In this document: positions 29,443 through 37,458 of the stretch, in pieces
Numbering within the stretch: position 1 is the stretch's first letter
How the letters are laid out: every line of letters begins with the position of its first letter
DNA from: a virus
Taxonomy: Duplodnaviria > Caudoviricetes
Length of the DNA: 41,361 nt
Virus record (IMG/VR): IMGVR_UViG_3300012942_000077
Location: 1 to 41,361 of that record
Direction: 5' to 3' (one strand)
Notes under the pieces: generated by a model
What the model was told of the DNA's origin: nothing
The model's input: the letters and a program-made list of their open reading frames with translations, nothing else
Databases searched by the model: none
Position numbers and translations under genes: made by a program

Positions 29443-30273
29443 ATGACATCAGGCCGGCGTTATCAGGATCTATCACTAATGGTTGATGTATCGCCCAGTG
29501 ATAAGACACGCTTCAAAGAATTCATGAAGCAAGAGCTCCACTACTATAACGCCCTCATTGAAGGGCTTGGGCCTAGAGCGAGGGCCTTCCCCGAGACCCT
29601 TCTAGCCCTCCACAAGGATTGGGAGAACCTTTGGTCAACTTTGGCCCAAGGAGGCCACAATCTAAAGGCCTATGAGAAGGCACCTAACGACGTTCAACTT
29701 CCAAAGGATCTTGAACCACATCGCAAGATGCTAGTTGGCCGAGATTCAAAGGGTGAACGGTTCCTTGATGATCGTATGTTTAACATCATGAGCATCGCCA
29801 CTACTCAGGCCCTAATTCATCCATTGGTGCGGCGCAATATGGCTAACCAAATGCTTGAATTCTACAAGGATCAAGCAGCAAAGCTCGTGAAGCGAAATGA
29901 TGAAACCCTAGGTGGCGAAGATCTCTATTCCAAGCCAATCGATCTGTTGGTTAAGCAGGATCTAACGACTAAGCGGCACCTACAGATTCCACGTAATGCT
30001 CTGAATGCGGTCTACTATTATGAAGACCGAGAGCTGACTGAGATCTACACCCCATATAGTGATAACCCTCTAGTGGTTCAGGGACATGATCTCGAGCACA
30101 ACAATCATTGGAATATGATCATCCTTCATCAACAACCTGGTTTGGAACCTATGCCCAATACACCTTGGGTTGTTGACATCAAGTATAACCAGAATGTATA
30201 TATGATCAAATACCAGGATGTTGACGCACCCAAGACTGGTAAGATCTTCGCAGCAATGAAGCGGAGATACTAA
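29443..30273 (+). CDS. TnpB/Cas12-like N-terminal (WED/REC) domain protein lacking RuvC (276 aa)
   Basis: Strong AAGGAG SD. By-eye colinear similarity to the TnpB N-terminal half: strand plus helix ending 'ELHYYNALIE', helix 'HPLVRRNMANQMLEFYK', 'RHLQIP', 'IYTPY..PLVVQG' and 'MIILHQQ..WVVDI'. The protein ends where RuvC-I would begin. The ORF itself is well supported; the fold call is inference. Confidence 0.5.
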   Translation: MTSGRRYQDLSLMVDVSPSDKTRFKEFMKQELHYYNALIEGLGPRARAFPETLLALHKDWENLWSTLAQGGHNLKAYEKAPNDVQLPKDLEPHRKMLVGRDSKGERFLDDRMFNIMSIATTQALIHPLVRRNMANQMLEFYKDQAAKLVKRNDETLGGEDLYSKPIDLLVKQDLTTKRHLQIPRNALNAVYYYEDRELTEIYTPYSDNPLVVQGHDLEHNNHWNMIILHQQPGLEPMPNTPWVVDIKYNQNVYMIKYQDVDAPKTGKIFAAMKRRY

Positions 30274-30304
30274 CCAGAAAGATCGATCAGATGTAGCTGA
30301 ATCG

Positions 30305-30324
30305 CATTATCCAGGCGGATAATG
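30305..30324 (+). other. Perfect 8-bp hairpin CATTATCC-aggc-GGATAATG
   Basis: Lies 31 nt after the stop of the TnpB-like ORF and just before a TAAATA box. No U-tract follows. Confidence 0.6.
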
Positions 30325-30339
30325 TCTACGTGCTAAATA

Positions 30340-30910
30340 GGCCAAAGGGACCTACCCGTAGATTCTACTTTATAGCTCATACCTAGCCCCACAGACACCT
30401 AATATAATCAAATGAGTCCGGGACGAGCATCAGGCTCCAACCCGGACCATATTAGCTCAACAGCCTAGATTCTAAAGAAACTTCGCCCGGACGACTGACG
30501 GGATGGTAGCTGCTAGGAGCGAACTGGGTCCTACATTAGTAGGTATGGGTATTACCCTGCGACACACCAGTATAAACAAAGCCAGTGGAGAAAACGCTGG
30601 TGGTGATCCGAGAAGCAACTTAGGGGTGTAAAACAGACTTTCCCCTTAAGCTCTGGTTCTTCGTAGGAAGCGAGGGAAAACCCATGACTGGGAACCTCGC
30701 AAGCGACCCATGCTACTTGAAAGGTGTGGATCACGCTACCGCCATATTCCAGAGTTCCTAACTGAAAAGCCGACAGGATGACCCCGGCGCTGATAGTAAT
30801 ATCAGTGTTAGTTTCAAGATCTTGCGACAACCTCTAACAGCAAGACCCTACTCCCCCTTATTGAATGTTATTTCAGTGAGGGGGAGTAAAGATCCGTTGC
30901 TTCCTACCTA
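30340..30910 (+). ncRNA. Putative large structured non-coding RNA (~570 nt, possibly extending to ~31200)
   Basis: A ~970-bp gap in an otherwise gene-dense genome, with TAAATA at 30334-30339. Helices: 30376-85/30540-49, 30416-22/30441-47, 30603-09/30728-34, 30619-26/30642-50, 30670-75/30695-700, 30787-95/30800-08 (GUAA tetraloop), 30820-25/30840-45 and 30849-65/30872-88. The mismatches are G-U on the + strand. Confidence 0.6.
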
Positions 30911-31242
30911 CAGCAAGTCGTCACTTCACTCACAAGTTCGTTCATTCCGGCTGCGCCATTTCAGGTCTGCTTCGCCTTTTAATCCAATTAGTTCTCCTAC
31001 CAAGCCGTTCAGAATCAATGAGTTCAAAGAGAACTTTCGCAAAGAATCGTGAAGATTTCGTACGAAATTCGTAAGGAATAGCCGCTCTCAGAGATCTGAC
31101 AGAAATACCTATTACTATCGCTTAGTCGTCGTTCGAAGAGATTTTAAACCTTCCTCTGATCATCTATTTGACTGAACTTCTTCTCTCTCGCTGATCAGTT
31201 AGCCACTAGATAAATACTGCTATAATGGGCAATAGGTGATCT

Positions 31243-31731
31243 ATGCGTCAGAAGTTCAATCAGGAAGAGTTCATTGGATGGAAGTTCAGTCGCACTGAAG
31301 CTGCTCACCTATCATCACATCTCATGCCTTTAGTGAAAGCTTCTACCCATAGGGAGAAGAAATTCATTCAACACATGACCAATGAGTTTCTTGAAGAGAT
31401 GCCCTTTCTGTCGATCAAGCAGAAGGAATGGCTAGATATCATCATAACTCGCCAAGGCTTCTCCAACTTATCTCACATCTGCGAGCAAGTAAAAGCTATT
31501 CGATGGTCTGGTGATATCGACTCATTGATCAGTTTCATCCAAAGCCTCACGCCTCTTATGGATGGTGAATTCATCTGGTTCTATGAATACAATCCTAGTG
31601 CCCTGGCCTATGGTAAGACACCGGTAGAGATTCTCACCAGCGATTGTGATGCCTATCTTGGATTTGAGAATCGATCAGATGCCAGAATGGTTATCAGTGA
31701 GATTACGCATAAACTTCAGGCGATAGTGTGA
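31243..31731 (+). CDS. Hypothetical protein (162 aa)
   Basis: TAAATA at 31211-31216 and an AGGTG SD upstream; coupled to RNase H by TGATG. Confidence 0.7.
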   Translation: MRQKFNQEEFIGWKFSRTEAAHLSSHLMPLVKASTHREKKFIQHMTNEFLEEMPFLSIKQKEWLDIIITRQGFSNLSHICEQVKAIRWSGDIDSLISFIQSLTPLMDGEFIWFYEYNPSALAYGKTPVEILTSDCDAYLGFENRSDARMVISEITHKLQAIV

Positions 31732-32111
31732 TGGAGATCTATTTTGATGGCGGTTGTGCGCCCAACCCTGGTCGTATGAGTGCTTGTATTGTAGTTTGCC
31801 AGGATGGTCAGAAAGCTAGAGCCCATACTATCAAGGATCTAGGCCAGGGTACCAACAATATTGCTGAATGGTCAGCTCTCATCTGGGCTGTTCTTTGGGC
31901 CAAAGACAATGGCATTAAGCAATGTGTCTTTATCGGCGACAGCCAGTTGGTCATCAACCAGGTTAGTCGAGTTTGGAAGGTCAATGATCAGATGTTGGCC
32001 GACCTGTTCAAACAATTCCAAGAGATCTCGGAGGGACTTGATCTTGAGTTTCGCCATGTACTTCGTGATTCCAATCTAGCTGGCATATACCTGGAATATG
32101 GTGCTCTCTAG
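31731..32111 (+). CDS. rnhA: Ribonuclease HI-like protein (126 aa)
   Basis: 'YFDGG..PNPG', 'TNNIAEW.AL', 'GDSQLVINQV..WKV' and 'HVLRDSN' motifs. Confidence 0.85.
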   Translation: MEIYFDGGCAPNPGRMSACIVVCQDGQKARAHTIKDLGQGTNNIAEWSALIWAVLWAKDNGIKQCVFIGDSQLVINQVSRVWKVNDQMLADLFKQFQEISEGLDLEFRHVLRDSNLAGIYLEYGAL

Positions 32112-32344
32112 TGCATCATCACACCAGTCTTATTGGTGCGTTCGATGTTTTCCTCAATGAGTTCCAGAGCATACTTTCGCTGTCTAGGTGTCATGGCAAA
32201 AGCCTGATCCAGTGGTGCCCCACCACGCATGTAGAAGCTGATCTGGATAAGTTGTTTCTCTAAGGCCCTTGCGTCTTCGATATATGACTGAAGGAATACT
32301 GGGATATCTTCAGCCGATAGACCCAAGAGCCTTATTCGAAAAAA
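32108..32344 (-). CDS. C-terminal extension of the gp26-like chaperone reached by -1 frameshift (or a separate small gp51-like chaperone)
   Basis: Lies in the -1 frame relative to gp26 and begins at the slippery T TTT TTC (32344-32338). It has no convincing start or SD of its own. Reads FFRIRLLGLSAEDIP..YMRGG..AFAMTPRQR..IEENIE. Confidence 0.6.
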   Translation of the reverse strand, partial: FFRIRLLGLSAEDIPVFLQSYIEDARALEKQLIQISFYMRGGAPLDQAFAMTPRQRKYALELIEENIERTNKTGVMMH

Positions 32345-33174
32345 CGCGAAGCATCGAAGATCATACCGGCGGCCCATTTATGTTTACATTCTTCCTTCGG
32401 GCATTCCACTTCTAAGGTTTTAGGGATTCCAGACTCACTGAGGTTCTTCAACTTCTCGGTGACCTTCTGAATCGTCGCTCTATCAGTATTCTTGATGAAT
32501 TCACCGATATACTTGATATCAGTTACCTTACTCTCTGGGACTGTGATGGATCGGATACAATGACTCAGGAGATCCAAATTCAATTCAGCCATGCGTTCGA
32601 AGGCCGAATTGAATTTCGATTGCCGTTCATCCTCTGTCAGCTCACTATCTGTGAGATACTGGAGTGCTTTGGTCTCCTGGAAGGTCTTAATATCCAGAAT
32701 GGTCTTGCTCTCAAAGTCATAGGGTTTGAGTTCAATAACCATGGTGTCATTGACTCTGAGAACCGTATCTTCATCCTTCACTGGAACGATACTACTGAGT
32801 AGACCCCTGATGCTCGTTTCAGTCGAGAACTCATTCTCACATTCTGGGCAAGTGACATTGACTTCCAGGTTATCACCATAGCTAGCCAGTTTGATTGCCA
32901 GGAGTAACACATCCATATCGGGTACGCTGATATGACGGGGGTTCTTGATTGCTGGAACGCATGATTTGAAGAGTCGTTCTAGAGCCTCACCATTTAGTAG
33001 CGCATCTGGATTCTTGAGGATGATTTCGTCACTGGCAGTCATAGGAAGAACTGCCACCTCTCCGTTCAGTGCTAGATCAATTTCACCTTCTTCGAAGAAT
33101 TGACCACCAGTTGGTAGAGCCTGATGAACTGTAGCTGATCGACAATACTGGGATAGTGGATTGGTGGTATCCAT
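32332..33174 (-). CDS. gp26: Baseplate hub / tail assembly chaperone, gp26-like (280 aa)
   Basis: 'NPLSQY.R..LPTGG.F..VLPMTASDEI.LKNPDALLNG..D.D.LLLAIKLASYG..CPEC', with a second CxxxxC near the end. Confidence 0.75.
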   Translation of the reverse strand: MDTTNPLSQYCRSATVHQALPTGGQFFEEGEIDLALNGEVAVLPMTASDEIILKNPDALLNGEALERLFKSCVPAIKNPRHISVPDMDVLLLAIKLASYGDNLEVNVTCPECENEFSTETSIRGLLSSIVPVKDEDTVLRVNDTMVIELKPYDFESKTILDIKTFQETKALQYLTDSELTEDERQSKFNSAFERMAELNLDLLSHCIRSITVPESKVTDIKYIGEFIKNTDRATIQKVTEKLKNLSESGIPKTLEVECPKEECKHKWAAGMIFDASRFFE

Positions 33175-33194
33175 ATGAACTCCTATTCTATACG

Positions 33195-33240
33195 CATATT
33201 TACCGCTCCATTATCTACCCAGATAATCACCCTATAAATA
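33195..33240. promoter_or_regulatory. Divergent late promoters; includes copy 2 of the 19-bp motif
   Basis: TAAATA on - at 33197-33202 within TAATGGAGCGGTAAATATG (33195-33213), and TATAAATA on + at 33233-33240. Confidence 0.75.
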
Positions 33241-33256
33241 CTCAGAGCTATAGAGG

Positions 33257-35662
33257 ATGGCCATGTCTGACTTTACTTTTGAGCAGTTGAAATCGCTGTT
33301 TGAAAACCTTCAGGATCGTCTTGATAAGACTGCGGGTGATAAGCTGAGTCTTGACGAGCTCGAAAAGATCCGCCAACTTCTGGATCGCCAAGCCAAAGAA
33401 ATGAAGAAGGCTTCTACGACAAGTGGAAGCAAGGATACTGACGCTTTCATTAGGAAGTTTTGGGATTCTTGGAAGGCCCAGCAGCCCCTAAAGGCTATCC
33501 AAGGAGATAGTCGTCAACCTAAATCATCTTCTACTGGTGATGATGGTCAGACCTTTATCCGCCGAAAGCAGCAAGAATTAGGTAATGCCACTGGTGATAT
33601 TACAGATTCACTAAAGCAATCGGCCAGATCTCAACGTAATGCTAGTAAGAAAAGAGAGACAGCCCTTAGTCAGTTTACTAGGAACTTGGATAAGGCGACT
33701 TTCAGGCTTACTAGTTGGACTAGCGCCCTTAAGAGCGGTTCGCTTGCCGCTGTAGGTACCGGTGCTACCAAGAAAGGTCTAGGGGCGCTACAAACCCGCA
33801 TTGACGCATTTAGGGATGTGATCAACTCGGGTGGCGGTCAGATTAAGAATATGACTGAGATGACCAATGTGGTCAATCAGGCTCATATGTCGGTTACTGA
33901 GTTGGCTGATGCTCTAAAGGATCAGAGATCGGGTGCCCGTATCCTGGGTGGTTCATCCTATGCTCAGTTGACTGGTAATCTAACCAAAGCAACCAATTCC
34001 ATTGGCAACATGGGAATGAGTTTTGCCCAGCGACAGGATGTAATCCAAGATTATTTGGAGATCCAGCAGAAGCAGGGGACCATCAGGAAGCTCAGCCAGG
34101 ATCAAATGGTTAGTGGTATTGAGAGCTTAGTAAAGAGTTCTAAAACCACTGCCACTATCTTGGGTCAGACCCAGAAGGAAGCCCGTGATGCTAGGAAGGC
34201 TCAATTGGCTGATGCTAATTGGGCAACCTTCTTAAACACTATGGGTCTCAATCCTGATCAAAAGAATGACCTTATAGGAACTGGCACCATAATCAAAAAT
34301 ATCGGTGGTGATCAGGCTGAAAGTGCTTTCAAACAATTGACTGAAACCGGCGTAGTTACCGGTGATAATAAAGACTTCCTATCCAAGAACCCTGAGATCT
34401 TCAAGATGTTCCAGAAGATCGCTGATGCTGCTAATAGCAAACATCCTATGACGCAGGAAGCAGTATCAAAGATGTTTCAGGATTACAGCAAAACCCATGA
34501 TGTTGCTAATGAAAGACTCCGAGCTCAATTAGGAGGTCTGGGTGATGCTGGATTTACTGCTGGTAACGCATTTAGGATAAATGCTGCGAATCTGAAGAAT
34601 GGCCCAGTAGATCAATTGAATGATAAAGGTGATGTTGCTGAACTAAACGCTGAAGAAGCAATGCGAACTGCCGCCAGTGCTGTGGCGACGTCATTTGATA
34701 CCCTACATAACAGCTTGAAGGCCGAGTTCGGCCCAGAGATGTATGCGTTCATGCAGAAGATCATCAAAGCTGGTGACTCTCTTATCCAGTTCATAACCAA
34801 GCTTCAGGGTTATCCAGCTATTATGTCAACATTTGGTGTGGCTGCTCTAGCGGCTACAGCTGGTCTTTCTGCTGTTAGCGGAGCGGCAACTGTTTTATCC
34901 TTGGCATTCAAGGCATTCAAACTACCAGGCATCCTTTTGAATCTAGCAAAAGGCGGTGGTGGAGCGGCTGCTGCTGAAGCTGGTGTTGCGGGTGCCGCGA
35001 AGAGTGGAGGCGGAAGCCTCATCAGTCGCTGGCTGGGTAGAGCTGGTGGTGCTGTAGAGGGTGCGGCAGAAAGCGGAGCGGGTAAAGCAGTTCTAGGAAC
35101 GGCAGCCGCCGGCCTAAAGCGCAATGCTCTGATCGGTAGCCTATTTGAGAGTTTTGGTTACCTGACTGGTCAGAAAGATCTGTCACTTAAGAATCTTGCG
35201 AAATCAGGTCTTCGTATTGGTGGCGGTGCCCTTGGTGCTATTGGTGGTGGTCTCTTGACTGCCGGTATGGGTGGTGAGTTTGTTGGTGGTGCCGGTGGAT
35301 ATATGGCCGGGGATAAGCTGGGTGATTGGCTCCTTGGTGCTGATGACACACCACAAACCGATGCTGCCAACAAGAAGGCAACGCAGGGTAAACAAACCAA
35401 ACCTAATCCTGCCACGAAATCAGCTGATGCTACCGGTCGTCAAGGCCCTGGGGTTCTTACACCAGAGCAAATGAACCAGCGAATCATGGAAGCCAGTGAG
35501 CGAGCGACCAATATACTTAAGGGCCTTAAGGATAACTCAGATAAGCAACTCGAGATCATGAGAGAAGAGATTGTCATGATGCGGAGAGCAAATGATCGCA
35601 CTCATCGCCTCCTCGAGGATGGAAACAAGAATACCAAGGCCATTATGGACAATTCCGTATAA
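33257..35662 (+). CDS. Tape-measure / gp29-like tail protein (801 aa)
   Basis: Long helical Ala/Gln/Lys-rich protein with a hydrophobic Gly/Ala-rich stretch. It is divergent from the tail chaperone and under a late promoter. Confidence 0.55.
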   Translation: MAMSDFTFEQLKSLFENLQDRLDKTAGDKLSLDELEKIRQLLDRQAKEMKKASTTSGSKDTDAFIRKFWDSWKAQQPLKAIQGDSRQPKSSSTGDDGQTFIRRKQQELGNATGDITDSLKQSARSQRNASKKRETALSQFTRNLDKATFRLTSWTSALKSGSLAAVGTGATKKGLGALQTRIDAFRDVINSGGGQIKNMTEMTNVVNQAHMSVTELADALKDQRSGARILGGSSYAQLTGNLTKATNSIGNMGMSFAQRQDVIQDYLEIQQKQGTIRKLSQDQMVSGIESLVKSSKTTATILGQTQKEARDARKAQLADANWATFLNTMGLNPDQKNDLIGTGTIIKNIGGDQAESAFKQLTETGVVTGDNKDFLSKNPEIFKMFQKIADAANSKHPMTQEAVSKMFQDYSKTHDVANERLRAQLGGLGDAGFTAGNAFRINAANLKNGPVDQLNDKGDVAELNAEEAMRTAASAVATSFDTLHNSLKAEFGPEMYAFMQKIIKAGDSLIQFITKLQGYPAIMSTFGVAALAATAGLSAVSGAATVLSLAFKAFKLPGILLNLAKGGGGAAAAEAGVAGAAKSGGGSLISRWLGRAGGAVEGAAESGAGKAVLGTAAAGLKRNALIGSLFESFGYLTGQKDLSLKNLAKSGLRIGGGALGAIGGGLLTAGMGGEFVGGAGGYMAGDKLGDWLLGADDTPQTDAANKKATQGKQTKPNPATKSADATGRQGPGVLTPEQMNQRIMEASERATNILKGLKDNSDKQLEIMREEIVMMRRANDRTHRLLEDGNKNTKAIMDNSV

Positions 35663-35664
35663 GC

Positions 35665-35670
35665 TAAATA
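35665..35670 (+). promoter_or_regulatory. Late promoter box TAAATA for the portal gene
   Basis: Lies in the 35-bp gap upstream of the portal ATG. Confidence 0.65.
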
Positions 35671-35697
35671 TCTGGAATTCATCCGATAAGGATCCAG

Positions 35698-37458
35698 ATG
35701 TCTTATAAGAAGCACGTTCAAGTCGTTCCAGTAAACCAGATGCTGAAGAAGCAACTGGCCCGAAATCGTGATCTTATCGATCCATCATCGGGTGGTTCAA
35801 GTGCGAACTATTCCTCTCCCCTGCCTGAGATCTATGAAGGCTCACCTATGCGTATTGACCGTTATGGTCAGTATGATGACATGGATAATGATGCCGAAGT
35901 CAATGCGGCCCTAGATACGATCGCCGATTTCAGCACTCAGAAAGACTCGAAAACTGATGAGGTCTTCGAGATCAAATACCGTAAGGAAGCCAGCGATACT
36001 GAGGTTGAGATTCTTAAGACCTGCCTAATGCAGTGGAGTAAGGTCAATGATTTCAAGAAGCGCATCTGGCGCATGTTCCGCAATACGATCAAATATGGTG
36101 ATCAGTTCTTCATTCGAGATCCTGAAACCCTACGTTGGTATTGGGTTGATCCAGCCAAAGTGGAGAAGATCCTAGTCAATGAAGCAGAGGGTAAGTCAAT
36201 TGAAGCTTACATCTTCAGTGATCTAGACGTAAATCTAGAGAGTTTCACGGCTACAGCCCCTGATACATATGGTCAAAACCTGACTGGTGGCACGAGCCAG
36301 ATGGTCTTCCAGTATCCTAGCCGAGACACTAAGCGTTGGGGTCATGGGAAATCTAGTGGAAGTCGTTTCGAGGGCGATCAGAGCATGACTGCTATTGAGG
36401 CAACTCATGTGGTTCATCTTTCACTAAGTGAAGGTCTCGATGCCAATTGGCCCTTCGGAACATCAATCCTGGAGAGCGTCTACAAGGTGTGGCGTGAAAA
36501 GGGCCTGCTTGAAGAAGCAATCATCATCTATCGAATCCAGCGTGCTCCAGAACGTCGTGTCTTCTATGTCGATGTTGGTAGTATGCCCCTCCATAAGGTT
36601 GGTGGTTATCTGGAGAAGGTCAAGAATGAGATTCACCAGCGTCGTTTCCCCAGCAGAACTGGGGGCGGTGGTAACATCACTGATGCGACCTATAACCCTA
36701 TGTCGATCATGGAAGACTTCTTCTTCGCACAAAGCGCAGAAGGCCGTGGAAGCCGAGTCGAGACTTTACCTGCTGGTGAGAATCTAGGTCAAATTGACGA
36801 CTTGAGGTTCTGGAATAACAAGCTGATGCGTGGTTTGCGTGTTCCATCGTCCTATCTACCAACTGGTCCAGATGACGGAGTTCAGAGCTTTAATGATGGT
36901 CGGGTAGGAACAGCCTATATCCAGGAGTTCCGCTTTGCTCAGTATTGTAAACGTCTCCAGAACCTGATCTGTAATGTGTTTGATGATGAGTTCAAGCTGT
37001 TTGTGCGTCGTCGTGGTTACAACATTGACAGTTCGCTCTTCGAGTTGAGCTTTAACGAGCCTGAGAACTTTGGCGTGTATGCCAAGATGGAGCGCGATTC
37101 CGCTGCTATCAACATCTACCAGCCACTAGCTGAAATGAAACACTTCAGTAAGCGCTATTTGATGATCAACTACTTGGGTATGTCTGAGGAAGAGATCAAT
37201 GAGAATGAGCGCATGTGGCGTGAAGAGAATCGTGATCTTACCAAGAATACCAAAGCCGATGATAGTTTCGCAGGTGGTGCTCCAGCAGGTCTAGATGCCG
37301 TTGGTGTAAGACCACAGGATGAACTTGATATGGGTGATGATCTGGAGGGTGGAGAAGAGCCAGATAGCGATATGGATTCTGGTACGGCTAGCCCAATCTC
37401 CGGGGATGAGGGTGATACTGGAACTGATGAAGGTGGGGGTGAAGATAATGCGCTATAA
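35698..37458 (+). CDS. gp20: Portal vertex protein, T4 gp20-like (586 aa)
   Basis: 'LLEEAIIIYRIQRAPERRVFYVDVGSMP', 'MEDFFF..EGRGSRVETLPAGENLGQIDDL..LRVPSSYL' and 'EFRFAQYCKRLQ' motifs, with an acidic C-terminal tail. Confidence 0.93.
   Translation: MSYKKHVQVVPVNQMLKKQLARNRDLIDPSSGGSSANYSSPLPEIYEGSPMRIDRYGQYDDMDNDAEVNAALDTIADFSTQKDSKTDEVFEIKYRKEASDTEVEILKTCLMQWSKVNDFKKRIWRMFRNTIKYGDQFFIRDPETLRWYWVDPAKVEKILVNEAEGKSIEAYIFSDLDVNLESFTATAPDTYGQNLTGGTSQMVFQYPSRDTKRWGHGKSSGSRFEGDQSMTAIEATHVVHLSLSEGLDANWPFGTSILESVYKVWREKGLLEEAIIIYRIQRAPERRVFYVDVGSMPLHKVGGYLEKVKNEIHQRRFPSRTGGGGNITDATYNPMSIMEDFFFAQSAEGRGSRVETLPAGENLGQIDDLRFWNNKLMRGLRVPSSYLPTGPDDGVQSFNDGRVGTAYIQEFRFAQYCKRLQNLICNVFDDEFKLFVRRRGYNIDSSLFELSFNEPENFGVYAKMERDSAAINIYQPLAEMKHFSKRYLMINYLGMSEEEINENERMWREENRDLTKNTKADDSFAGGAPAGLDAVGVRPQDELDMGDDLEGGEEPDSDMDSGTASPISGDEGDTGTDEGGGEDNAL

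Noticed and set aside
29380-30330. Active IS200/IS605/IS607 transposon
   Set aside because: There is no TnpA, no RuvC or zinc-finger half and no paired end structures. The single hairpin at 30305-30324 is insufficient evidence.
30552-31052. ORFs 30552-30830 (-) and 30822-31052 (+) inside the non-coding tract
   Set aside because: They have atypical composition and no clear SD, and they overlap strong RNA-like helices.
30274-31242. CRISPR array or tRNA cluster next to the TnpB-like gene
   Set aside because: I found no regularly spaced direct repeats and no cloverleaf with T-loop/D-loop consensus.
30274-31242. Group I or group II intron
   Set aside because: The flanking genes appear complete and unrelated, and I could not identify a group II domain V or group I P7 core by eye. 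A covariance search is needed to exclude this fully.
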